This document shows, one piece after another, positions 14,547 through 23,139 of a DNA stretch of 64,000 nt. The notes beneath the pieces were generated by a model. That model worked only from the letters and a program-made list of their open reading frames with translations. It made no database searches and was not told where the DNA came from. The stretch is from assembly GCA_963702475.1 (NCBI GenBank), contig CAVPCT010000005.1, positions 160,001 through 224,000 on the forward strand. The letters run 5' to 3'. Both the position numbers and the translations under genes were made by a program. Position 1 is the first letter of the stretch; each line of letters starts with the position of its first letter. The stretch comes from an uncultured Thermoleophilia bacterium (GTDB lineage Bacteria; Actinomycetota; Thermoleophilia; UBA2241).

Positions 14547-15196
14547 GAGGTCGCCGTGCCCGCGCCGTCCTCCGCCGCAGTGTCATCGCCGGCGATGATC
14601 TGCGCGACCGCCTGCCCCACGAAGTCGCGCAGTTCCTTTCTGGAGCCGATGTTGTGGTACACGAAGCGGCTGCGCGCAACCTTCTCCTCCTCCGGCATCT
14701 GCCGCGCGACGCGGCGCGAGAAGTCGCTGTCGGTGAGCTTGGCAACCACACGGCGGCGACGCGTGTCGGACGGCGCGGTGATCAGCATGACGTCGTCGAA
14801 CAGGACCTCCATGCCCGATTCGAAGAGCAGCGGCACCTCGACTGCCAACAGCGCCGGGCGGGGCCGCGCCTTGAGCTGCTCTGCGGCCCAGCCCTCGATG
14901 GACCGTCGCACCCGGGGGTACAGCAGGTCCTCCAGCCAGCGCAGCTCGGCCTCGTCGCGGAACACGATCGCTGCCAGGGCCCTACGGTCGATGCCCGAGC
15001 CGTCCTTCGTCGCTGGGCCGTACCGCACCACGACCGCTTCGACGATCTCGGGCTCGGCGTAGAGGCCGTGGACGATGTCGTCGCTGGACGCCACGGCGGC
15101 GCCCAGCTCGTGCAGGTAGGCGAGCGCCGTGGACTTGCCGGAGCCGATGCCCCCGGTCAGGCCGAGGCGTGGGATGCGATGTCGTGCTGCTGTCAT
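14543..15196 (-). CDS. coaE: Dephospho-CoA kinase
   Basis: GLTGGIGSGKST, IDRRALAAIVF, EVPLLFE. Confidence 0.92.
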   Translation of the reverse strand: MTAARHRIPRLGLTGGIGSGKSTALAYLHELGAAVASSDDIVHGLYAEPEIVEAVVVRYGPATKDGSGIDRRALAAIVFRDEAELRWLEDLLYPRVRRSIEGWAAEQLKARPRPALLAVEVPLLFESGMEVLFDDVMLITAPSDTRRRRVVAKLTDSDFSRRVARQMPEEEKVARSRFVYHNIGSRKELRDFVGQAVAQIIAGDDTAAEDGAGTATS

Positions 15197-15263
15197 GGCG
15201 CAGGGCTCGCCGGTGAGGACCGGGCGCGCGGGAGCGCACCCGGTCCTCACCGTGCGGCGAGGT

Positions 15264-16823
15264 TCAGGCCTCGGGCTGTTCCTCGGCGTCGGCCTCGTCG
15301 GCGCGGCCGCCGGCCGGGAACACGTCGTCGCTCAGGCCGAGCTCGGGCTCGTGTTCGGCCACGAACTCGGCGGCCTCGGCCTCGACTGCCTCGGCGGCCT
15401 CTTCGACGATCTCGGCGGCGGCGGCCACGGCCACAGCATCCTCGATGGCCTGGGCGAGCTCTTCGGGCGTCTCGGCGGCCTCGAGCTCGGCCTCGACGAC
15501 GGCCGCGGCCAGCTCGACCTCGGCCTCGGCCTCGGCCACGGCAACGATGTCCTCGGCGATGACCTCGGCCTCGGCCTCGACGATGGCCTCCTCGACGATG
15601 GCCTCCTCGACGATGGCCTCCTCGAGCTCTTCCTCGACCTCGTCGACCTCAGGCTCCGGCACGACCGGGCGCAGCGGCTTGACGTTGTCGCCGTCCACGC
15701 GCTTGATGCTGAGGCTCAGGCGGCGGCGCTCCGAATCGACCTCGATGATCTTGACGTTGACGATCTGGCCCACGCTGACGACCTCGTCCGGGCGCTCCAC
15801 GTGACGGTTGGCCAGCTCGCTGATGTGCACGAGACCCTCGATGCCCTCGTAGATCTCGACGAAGGCGCCGAAGGCGACGATCTTGGTGACGCGGCCCTCG
15901 ACCACGTCGCCGACCTTGTGCTGGGCGACGATCTTCTGCCACGGGTCTTCCTGGGTCTGCTTGAGACCGAGGGAGATGCGCTGGCGGTCGCGGTCGATGT
16001 CGAGCACCTTGACCTTGACCTTCTGGTTGACCTGCAGCACCTCGGACGGGTGGTTGATGTGCGTCCAGCTGAGCTCGCTGATGTGGATGAGGCCGTCGAT
16101 GCCGTCCAGGTCGACGAACGCGCCGAAGTCGACGATGTTGCTGATGGTGCCCTCGACGATGTCGCCCACGTTGAGCTGGTCGATGATCTGCTGGCGGACC
16201 TCCTTGCGCTCCTCCTCGAGGACGGCGCGGCGGCTGAGGACCACGTTGTTGCGGTTGCGGTTCATCTCGATGACGCGGCAGTTGAGCTCCTGGCTCACGT
16301 ACTCCTGGAGGTCCTGCACGCGGCGGATGTCGACCAGAGAGGCCGGCAGGAAGCCGCGCACGCCGAGGTCGAGGATGAGGCCGCCCTTGACCACCTCGAT
16401 GACGGTGCCGGTGACCGGCTCGCCGCTCTCGAAGGCGCCTTCGATGCGCTTCCACGCCTTCTCGAACTTGGCGCGCTTCTTGCTGAGGATGAGGCGCCCG
16501 TCGGCGTCTTCCTTGGTCATGACCAGCGCGTCGATCTCCTCGCCGAGCTGGACCTCCTCGGAGGTGTTGACGTTCTTGCGGATGCTGAGCTCGTTGACCG
16601 GGATGACGCCCTCGGACTTGTAGCCGATGTCGACCAGGACCTCGTCCTTGTCGATACGCACCACGTTGCCGGTGACGATGTCGCCCTCGCTGAAGACGGT
16701 CATGGTGAGGTCGTAGTTGGGGACGATCTCCCCGTCGACCTCCAGCAGGTAGCCTTCGCTGCCCTCCACGATCCTGGGGTCGTTTGCGGCCTCGATCTGG
16801 GATTCGGTGAGTTTGTCTGCCAT
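15264..16823 (-). CDS. rpsA: 30S ribosomal protein S1 (four S1 domains) with a long acidic C-terminal tail
   Basis: DIGYKSEG, RGFLPAS, FGAFVDL..DGLIHISELSW, EGLVHISEL; GGGAGG RBS upstream of the ATG at 16823. Confidence 0.96.
   Translation of the reverse strand: MADKLTESQIEAANDPRIVEGSEGYLLEVDGEIVPNYDLTMTVFSEGDIVTGNVVRIDKDEVLVDIGYKSEGVIPVNELSIRKNVNTSEEVQLGEEIDALVMTKEDADGRLILSKKRAKFEKAWKRIEGAFESGEPVTGTVIEVVKGGLILDLGVRGFLPASLVDIRRVQDLQEYVSQELNCRVIEMNRNRNNVVLSRRAVLEEERKEVRQQIIDQLNVGDIVEGTISNIVDFGAFVDLDGIDGLIHISELSWTHINHPSEVLQVNQKVKVKVLDIDRDRQRISLGLKQTQEDPWQKIVAQHKVGDVVEGRVTKIVAFGAFVEIYEGIEGLVHISELANRHVERPDEVVSVGQIVNVKIIEVDSERRRLSLSIKRVDGDNVKPLRPVVPEPEVDEVEEELEEAIVEEAIVEEAIVEAEAEVIAEDIVAVAEAEAEVELAAAVVEAELEAAETPEELAQAIEDAVAVAAAAEIVEEAAEAVEAEAAEFVAEHEPELGLSDDVFPAGGRADEADAEEQPEA
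15575..15625. repeat. 15-bp tandem repeat (about 3.4 copies) encoding EEAIV repeats in the S1 tail
   Basis: CCTCGACGATGGCCT at 15575, 15590 and 15605. Confidence 0.85.
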
Positions 16824-16874
16824 TGGGTGTCGTAGCCTCCCGGTCAAAGAGACGGTCCGTCGTTGACAGAGGAA

Positions 16875-16918
16875 ACGGCCTGCGGACCGCGGCAGGCCGT
16901 AACTGATGAAGTATAGCA
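16875..16918 (-). promoter_or_regulatory. rpsA extended -10 promoter and leader hairpin
   Basis: TGcTATACT at 16918-16910; 9-bp perfect stem ACGGCCTGC/GCAGGCCGT at 16875-16900. Confidence 0.6.
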
Positions 16919-16988
16919 GGGCGCAGTTGTCCGAATCCAGAGGCAGCCGGTGACCGGGCGGGCCGGCGGCAGCGGCGCCCGCCACCCG

Positions 16989-19610
16989 TCAGCCCTTGGC
17001 CGCCAGCCAGTCGGGACCGGCGCCGACGTCCACCTCGAGCGGTGGGTCCATCTTGTAGGCGCCACACATCACCTCGCGCAGCAGGGCGCCGCCCGCGTCC
17101 ACCTCACCGTCCGGGCACTCGAGGATGAGCTCGTCGTGCACCTGCAGCACGAGCCGCGAGGCCATGCCGCGCCTGCCGAGCTCGCGGTGCAGCCGCACCA
17201 TCGCCACCTTGATGATGTCGGCGGCCGTGCCCTGCAGCACCGTGTTCACGGCCAGGCGCTCGCCCAGCGAGCGCTCGTTGTAGTTGCGTGAGTGCAGCTC
17301 CGGCACTGCCCGGCGACGCCCGAACAGCGTAGTGACGTACCCGTCCTGGGCGGCCTGGGCCACGACACGCTCGCGAAACTCCCTGACCTTGGGGTACTTC
17401 GCGAAGTACGCGTCGATGAAGGCCCTGGCCTCCTCGACCGGGATGTCCACCTGCTCGGAGAGGCCGAACGCCGACAGGCCGTACATGATGCCGAAGTTGG
17501 TCGCCTTGGCGCGGTCGCGCTGGACCTTGGTGACCTCCCCCGGGGCGATGCCGGCCACGGCGGCCGCGGTGACCCGGTGCACGTCTTCCCCGCGCCGGTA
17601 CGCGTCGAGCAGCGCGGGCTCCTGGCTGAGCAGTGCCATGAGGCGCAGCTCGATCTGCGAGTAGTCGGCCACCACGAGCTTGCAGCCATCCTCGGCGACG
17701 AAGCACTCGCGGATCTGCGCCCCCAGCTCGGTGCGCACCGGGATGTTCTGCAGGTTCGGGTTGTTGCTCGACAGGCGGCCGGTGGCGGCGACCAGCTGGT
17801 TGAAGGTCGTGTGGATGCGACCGGTGCGAGGGTCGATGCAGGCCGGCAGCGTCTCGAGGTACGTACTGAGCAGCTTGGAGAGCTCGCGCCACTCCTCGAC
17901 GAGGATGATGACGGGGTGCTCGGCGCGGAGGCCGCGCAGCACGCGGGCGTCGGTGGAGTACCCTGTCTTGCCTTTCTTGCCGGGCTGCAGGCCGAGGCGG
18001 TTGAAGAGCACGTCGCCGAGCTGTTGCGGGGAGCCGATGGTGAACTCGCCGCCGGCGAGCCTCCAGATCTCGTCGCGCACCTCGTCGACGCGGTCGCGCA
18101 CCCGGGCCGTGATCTCACCGAGGCGGTACGGGTCGACCTTGACGCCGGCCGCCTCCATCTGCGCGAGGACGTGGACGAGCGGCAGCTCGACCTCGCGGAA
18201 GAGCCGCTCGAGGCCGAGCTCGAGCAGCCGCCGGCGCTGCTCCCCGGCGACCTTCCAGGTGAGCAGCACGCGCGCCGCGGCGGCGGCCTCGGCCTGTGGC
18301 GCCTCGACCAGCCGGGCGCCCTCCTCGGCGCCGGCCAGCGCGAACAGGCCGCGCTCCTTCTCGGGCCGCTCGGGCGCCAGCAGATAGGCGGCCACGGCGG
18401 TGTCGAACGCCGGGCCGCTCGGCGCCGCGGCGTAGCCGGGCTGTGCCTTGGCGTCGTGCACCACGGCGTGGGCGGCCAGCAGCCACAGGGCCGGCAGGCG
18501 ATCGGTCGGCGCCGCGGCCAGCTGCACGACGCGGCCGCGGTACACGGCGACGACCCAGCCGTCGCCCTCGGCGGCGCGCTCCAGGGCGACGGCTGTCTCG
18601 TCCTGCTCCAGGGCGGCGGCCAGGGGGCCGACGTCGGGCTCGTGCACGAGCTTCACGTCGGTCGCGGCCGCCGCCCCGGTGCCCTCCGCCCGTCCCTCGC
18701 CCACCGGCGCGGCGGCGCCCATGTCCTGCAGCCGCCGCCGCAGGCTGGTGAACTCGTACTTCCGGAAGACCTCGTCCACGGCGTCGGCCGGCAGGCGGTA
18801 CCCGCCGCTCTTCACCAGCTCCACGAGGTCCTCCTCGAGCGGGACGTCGAGCACCATGGTCGCCAACATCTTGGAGAACCGGGCGTCGGCCTCGTGCTCG
18901 GCCAGGAGCGCCCGGCGCTTGTCGCTCTTGACCTCATCGAGGCGTTCGTACAGCGCCTCGATGCTGCCGAACTGCTGCAGCAGCTGGGCGGCCGTCTTCT
19001 CGCCGACGCCCGGTACGCCGGGGATGTTGTCGCTGCTGTCGCCCTTGAGGCCGATGTAGTCGGGGATGCCGGCCGGCACGATACCGAAGCGCTCCACTAC
19101 GTCCGCCGGTGTGTAGATCTTGACGTCGGTGACGCCGCGACCGGTGCTCATCACCCAGATGTCGTCGTCCACCACCTGCAGGGCGTCACGGTCGCCGGTG
19201 ACGACGATGGACCTCACGCCCTGTCGCTTGGCCTCCTCCGCCAGCGTGCCCAGGATGTCGTCCGCCTCATAGCCCTGCTTGACCAGGTTGACGACGCCGA
19301 AGGCCTCCATCAGTCCGGGAAAACGCTCCCACTGCACGGAGAGGGAGTCGGGCATGGGCGGACGCTGCGCCTTGTACTCCTCGTAGGCCTCGTGCCTGAA
19401 CGTCTTGCCGCGCGCGTCCCAGGCGCACACCATGCCGGACGGCCGGTACTCGGCGACGATCTTGAGCAGCATCTGGCTGAGCCCATACAGGGCGTTGGTG
19501 GGGAGCCCCTCGCGGGTGCTGATGCTCTCCGGAAGCGCGAAGAACGCGCGAAAAGCGAGGCTGCTGCCGTCGAGCAGGAAGAGGCGGTCGTACAGCGCGG
19601 CGTCGGCCAC
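16989..19610 (-). CDS. polA: DNA polymerase I
   Basis: 5'-3' exonuclease (LLDGSSLAFRAF, YEADD, GDSSDNIPGV), polymerase motifs (TGRLSS, ADYSQIELR, NFGIMYG, QVHDE). Confidence 0.97.
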   Translation of the reverse strand: MADAALYDRLFLLDGSSLAFRAFFALPESISTREGLPTNALYGLSQMLLKIVAEYRPSGMVCAWDARGKTFRHEAYEEYKAQRPPMPDSLSVQWERFPGLMEAFGVVNLVKQGYEADDILGTLAEEAKRQGVRSIVVTGDRDALQVVDDDIWVMSTGRGVTDVKIYTPADVVERFGIVPAGIPDYIGLKGDSSDNIPGVPGVGEKTAAQLLQQFGSIEALYERLDEVKSDKRRALLAEHEADARFSKMLATMVLDVPLEEDLVELVKSGGYRLPADAVDEVFRKYEFTSLRRRLQDMGAAAPVGEGRAEGTGAAAATDVKLVHEPDVGPLAAALEQDETAVALERAAEGDGWVVAVYRGRVVQLAAAPTDRLPALWLLAAHAVVHDAKAQPGYAAAPSGPAFDTAVAAYLLAPERPEKERGLFALAGAEEGARLVEAPQAEAAAAARVLLTWKVAGEQRRRLLELGLERLFREVELPLVHVLAQMEAAGVKVDPYRLGEITARVRDRVDEVRDEIWRLAGGEFTIGSPQQLGDVLFNRLGLQPGKKGKTGYSTDARVLRGLRAEHPVIILVEEWRELSKLLSTYLETLPACIDPRTGRIHTTFNQLVAATGRLSSNNPNLQNIPVRTELGAQIRECFVAEDGCKLVVADYSQIELRLMALLSQEPALLDAYRRGEDVHRVTAAAVAGIAPGEVTKVQRDRAKATNFGIMYGLSAFGLSEQVDIPVEEARAFIDAYFAKYPKVREFRERVVAQAAQDGYVTTLFGRRRAVPELHSRNYNERSLGERLAVNTVLQGTAADIIKVAMVRLHRELGRRGMASRLVLQVHDELILECPDGEVDAGGALLREVMCGAYKMDPPLEVDVGAGPDWLAAKG

Positions 19611-19636
19611 GGCGGATGCTCCCCGCCGCGGCGGGC

Positions 19637-19888
19637 TCAGGACTCCGTAGGCGGCGGTGACTCGTTGAGCACGAGCCAGTACAGCCCGAGGCTGTCCACC
19701 GCCTGCATGGACTGCGTGAAGTCGACCGGCTTGCGGATGCTGCTGTCGGCGCCGCGGTCGTAGCTCGTGGCCAGGCCGTCACAGGCCGCCTCGACACGGT
19801 TGGGAACGCGGTGCTGCTTGAGAGCGCGCAGCGTGAGTTGCACGTCGTCGTTGTCCTCGATGAGCAGGACGAACCGCTCGTCACCCAC
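19637..19888 (-). pseudogene. Response regulator receiver remnant (central part deleted)
   Basis: VLLIEDN...VEAACDG joined to LATSYDRGADSSIRKPVDF...LGLYWLVLNE; the phospho-Asp segment is absent. Confidence 0.7.
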
Positions 19889-19902
19889 GTGGTCACCTCG
19901 CG

Positions 19903-20340
19903 TCACGGCAACGTGAAGGAGAAGGTCGCCCCGGAGTCTACCGCAGCCCGGGCCCACATTCTCCCCCCGTGTCGGTGGACGATGCGTTCCGCCGTGGCCA
20001 GGCCGATGCCCGTCCCCGCGAACTCGTCGGGCGAGCGCAGCCGCTGGAAGGGTGCGAACAGTTCGAAGAGCCGGAGCTCCTCCAGCGCGAACGCGTCCCT
20101 CTCGCGAGAGAAGACGACCACCGCGGCGTGCGGCTCGCCGCGTTCACGTGGCTCAGCCGTCCGTCCGGCGGCGCCACCAGGGACATGCCCAGCGGTGCGT
20201 TCTCGAAGACGACACGCAAGTGCTTCTGACTGGCCCGCGGGTCGCGTTCCACCACGTGGCGCAGCCTCACCTGGCGGGATTCGCGCCAGCTCCAGAACAG
20301 GATGACCAGCATGCCGCCGACGAGGGGCACGCCCACCACC
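19903..20340 (-). pseudogene. Collapsed sensor histidine kinase remnant (TM + PAS start + GAF end + HATPase end)
   Basis: [25 protein letters not shown], then a frame change to [17 protein letters not shown], then LFAPFQRL...[29 protein letters not shown]. Confidence 0.7.
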
Positions 20341-20378
20341 CGCCGTGGCCCGCTGAGGCCTACGTGCTCGCCACCGTC

Positions 20379-21158
20379 CTACCGTCGGCGTTTCACGAGC
20401 AGGACATGTGTCCCCTGAGGGCCGCAGGTGAACTGGACCCCGTCGCAGAGGGTCCGCATGAAGTGGATGCCGCGGCCGCCCGTGTCCGCCGCACCGGGGA
20501 CACCGATGGGTGTGGCGCACATGCCGCCGCCGGCGTCGGCGACCTCCACGGCGACCTCTTCGTCGTAGCAGTAGAAACGCACGCGTATCTCGTCCCCGGC
20601 GCCACGCGGCGAGCCGTGGACCAGCGCGTTGGACAGCGCCTCGGCGACCGCGACGCTGAACTCGAACAGATCGTCCTCCCCGAGCCCTCCCACCTCGGCG
20701 AAGGCGGCCACGCGGCGCCGCGCCACCGGCAGGCCGCGCGGCGTGGCGGCGAAGCGGAACTCGTGCTCCCAGTGGGGCTCCTGCGGAAGAGTGACCGCCG
20801 CCGGAGCGCCGGAGCGCAGCGGAGGCGGGAGCGGCGGCCGCACGAGGCCGGCCTTCGCCAGAGTGGCTCGCGCGCGCCCGTCCTCGACGGCCAGGACGAC
20901 GGCGCCGCCCTCGCGGTGGAACGTCTCAGCGGCGTCGGCGAGGGCGTGCACCTCGTCGGAGTCGAAGCGCGCACGCGGGTCCACGTCGAGCACGACCTGC
21001 GTGACGCCGGCCTCACGACAGCGGGCCAGGCCGTCTCGCAGGTCGGGGCCGAGGCCGTCGGCGTGGGCGGCACAGCGGAGCACGCAGACGTCTCCACGGA
21101 ACTCGGCGGTCACCGAGCAGGGCTCTCCCACCCCACGACGTCCATCTTCGGCCAACAC
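20379..21158 (-). CDS. STAS (anti-anti-sigma) plus RsbW-like HATPase_c (anti-sigma) fusion
   Basis: VVLDV....FDS STAS motif; [34 protein letters not shown]. Confidence 0.75.
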   Translation of the reverse strand: MLAEDGRRGVGEPCSVTAEFRGDVCVLRCAAHADGLGPDLRDGLARCREAGVTQVVLDVDPRARFDSDEVHALADAAETFHREGGAVVLAVEDGRARATLAKAGLVRPPLPPPLRSGAPAAVTLPQEPHWEHEFRFAATPRGLPVARRRVAAFAEVGGLGEDDLFEFSVAVAEALSNALVHGSPRGAGDEIRVRFYCYDEEVAVEVADAGGGMCATPIGVPGAADTGGRGIHFMRTLCDGVQFTCGPQGTHVLLVKRRR

Positions 21159-21233
21159 GTTCTCCCGATTCGCACGAGTGCCGGGCCGGCGAGAGGCGAC
21201 CGTGCGTCGTCCGACCCTCGAACCACAGCGCAG

Positions 21234-21259
21234 ATACCCGGGCGCCCCGGTTCACAACC
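21234..21259 (-). promoter_or_regulatory. Putative SigB/SigF-type promoter
   Basis: GGTTG-N15-GGGTAT upstream of the STAS/anti-sigma fusion. Confidence 0.45.
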
Positions 21260-21430
21260 TCGAACGGGAACGACTCACCTGCGCAGACGGCGGGCGGCGA
21301 GGCCGTCCTGCCTCGCCGCCCGCCCCGCGTCGTCACCAGGAGGTCCGGAATGGACGACGCCCGCCGCTGTAGACTGCCGACGGACCGGCCGGGCACTGGC
21401 CGGCTGCTCTGAGTGACGTGAGGAGGCGCC

Positions 21431-21862
21431 ATGGGTTCGAAAGAGTACGCGCGCGGGCGCCGTGTCGTGGCGAGACTGCCGCACGGCGGCGATCTGCTGC
21501 AGGAGATCGCCGCCGTGGCGGACGCCCACGCCATGGCCATGGCGGAGGTGCGAGCGATCGGCGCCCTCAGCGAGGCGCGCCTGGCCTACTACGATCAGCA
21601 AGCCAGACGGTACGGAGAGTTCGCCGTCGACGGCGCCGTGGAGCTGCTGGCGCTCCTGGGGAACGTGTCGCGACGCGACGGCGCGACGGCCGTCCACGTG
21701 CACGCCACCCTCGCCGGCCACGACGGCGCCTGCGTGGGTGGACACGTGGCGCCCGGCTGCCGCGTGTTCGCCTGCGAACTGATGCTTCAGGAGCTGGACG
21801 GCGACCCGCTGGAACGCGAGTACGACGAGGTCACGGGCCTGCCGCTGTGGCGCGGCCTCTGA
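21431..21862 (+). CDS. PPC/DUF296 domain protein
   Basis: RLPHGGDLL, AIGALS, ELLALLGNVS, HVHATL, GGHV; AGGAGG RBS. Confidence 0.85.
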   Translation: MGSKEYARGRRVVARLPHGGDLLQEIAAVADAHAMAMAEVRAIGALSEARLAYYDQQARRYGEFAVDGAVELLALLGNVSRRDGATAVHVHATLAGHDGACVGGHVAPGCRVFACELMLQELDGDPLEREYDEVTGLPLWRGL

Positions 21863-22643
21863 GCGCCGCCCGCCTGCGGCGGCGGCGCCTCCAGAGCCAC
21901 ACGACCAGGCCCGCCACGGCAGCCGCCAGAGCGACCAGGACGGCGGCGGCCAGCGGGTGGAACGCCCCCTGGCCGTACAGGCCCGTCTTGATGCGGACGA
22001 CGGCGACGACGGCCCGCACCCAGTCGGCCGGCGTGAAGCTCTCGGCCTCGGCGATGCCCAGAGCGTACTCGCCCACGCCGCCGGCCGGGTCGTAGACCAC
22101 CACGTAGTAGTCGCGACCCGGCTCGAGCTCTGCCGAGGTCTCACCTCCGCGGTAGTACGTAGTGAAGCTGAACGGCTCATAGAACGTGGGCCGCGGCTCG
22201 GCGCCCGGGTCGGGCACGACCCGGACACCGAGCCCCGCGGTCGTCCCGTACGCTGCGCGGAGCCGGTCGCCCACGAAGCCGGGCGGCGAGCCCGCCGGAG
22301 GGACGCCGGGACCGACGAGCGCGAACGCGGGCCGGAACCCCGCACCGGCGGCGGATCTGGGCACCAGCAGGTCCACCGGCGTGCGGGCCGCCTTCGACAC
22401 GGTGAGCCGGTACGCGTCGAAGCGCTCGCCCCCGACGAGCGTACCGTAGACGGCGCGCGAGATCGCGGCGTCGGGCACCGGCACGGCGCCGGGGAACGGG
22501 TCGCCGGCCACGGCCGGCGCGTCAGAGGAGCGAGCCGGCTCGAGGAACGGCACGTGAGCGGCGGACACCGGCGCCACGACCCCGGCGACGCACGCGGTGA
22601 ATGCGGCCGCCGAGACGGCCACGACGATCCTCAGTGGGCTCAT
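21831..22643 (-). CDS. Secreted protein with C-terminal membrane anchor, unknown function
   Basis: Signal peptide (...VSAAHVPF), FYEPFS motif, C-terminal TM followed by a poly-Arg stretch. Confidence 0.7.
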   Translation of the reverse strand: MSPLRIVVAVSAAAFTACVAGVVAPVSAAHVPFLEPARSSDAPAVAGDPFPGAVPVPDAAISRAVYGTLVGGERFDAYRLTVSKAARTPVDLLVPRSAAGAGFRPAFALVGPGVPPAGSPPGFVGDRLRAAYGTTAGLGVRVVPDPGAEPRPTFYEPFSFTTYYRGGETSAELEPGRDYYVVVYDPAGGVGEYALGIAEAESFTPADWVRAVVAVVRIKTGLYGQGAFHPLAAAVLVALAAAVAGLVVWLWRRRRRRRAALRGRATAAGP

Positions 22644-22716
22644 GGCGCACTCATACCGCACTGCGACCACAACCAATCGGCGGGCGCAGGCGTGAGCGGA
22701 CTTGAAGGAGAGTGGA

Positions 22717-22805
22717 TGGTGTCGGAAGGGGGACTTGAACCCCCATGAGGTTATACCCTCACTAGGCCCTCAACCTAGCGCGTCTACCAATTCCGCCATT
22801 CCGAC
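22717..22805 (-). tRNA. tRNA-Leu (anticodon GAG)
   Basis: GTCGGAA acceptor stem, D-arm TGGCGGAATTGGTAGACGC, CTAGG-TTGAGGG-CCTAG anticodon arm, long variable arm, GTTCAAGTC T-loop, encoded CCA. Confidence 0.97.
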
Positions 22806-22819
22806 ACTGAGGGAAGCAG

Positions 22820-22848
22820 AGTATAGGAGACTCGTGGCGCAACTTCAA
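22820..22848 (-). promoter_or_regulatory. tRNA-Leu promoter
   Basis: TTGAAG-N17-TATACT. Confidence 0.7.
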
Positions 22849-22896
22849 CGCAGCGCCTGATGCCCCGCCCTGCGTCGCGCCTGACGGGTCCGGTCA

Positions 22897-23010
22897 AGAC
22901 GATGGGCGGACCCTCTGACGAGTTCCGCCCACCGGCGGCGCCCCCTTCAACGCCTCTTCACCACTCGAGGCTGCGGTCTTCAGAGACCATGGCGCCGACT
23001 CACGCTTCTG
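22897..23010 (-). ncRNA. Candidate structured small RNA (unassigned family)
   Basis: Own promoter at 23016-23044, three-way junction of GC stems, terminal 10-bp hairpin at 22901-22933, no convincing ORF. Confidence 0.4.
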
Positions 23011-23015
23011 CGGCA

Positions 23016-23044
23016 AGTATATGACTGGGCGCGCGGCGGGACAA
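23016..23044 (-). promoter_or_regulatory. Sigma-A-like promoter for the candidate sRNA
   Basis: TTGTCC-N17-TATACT. Confidence 0.6.
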
Positions 23045-23139
23045 TGCCCAGTGGCGTTGTGGGGGGTGGACGATGTCTCCCCCTGCGGGGGACACTCGGT
23101 ACGCGTGCCGGCGCACGCGCGGCGACGGAGGTGAGGCAC

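Noticed and set aside
15400-15660. Repeats that might be a CRISPR array
   Set aside because: Codon-level repeats inside rpsA with no spacers and no cas genes
22717-22805. tRNA-Leu as an island integration site
   Set aside because: No integrase, no duplicated tRNA 3' end noticed in the window, no obvious composition shift
22905-22990. CUGANGA motifs suggesting a hammerhead ribozyme
   Set aside because: The required GAAA and cleavage-site stems are not in the right arrangement on either strand
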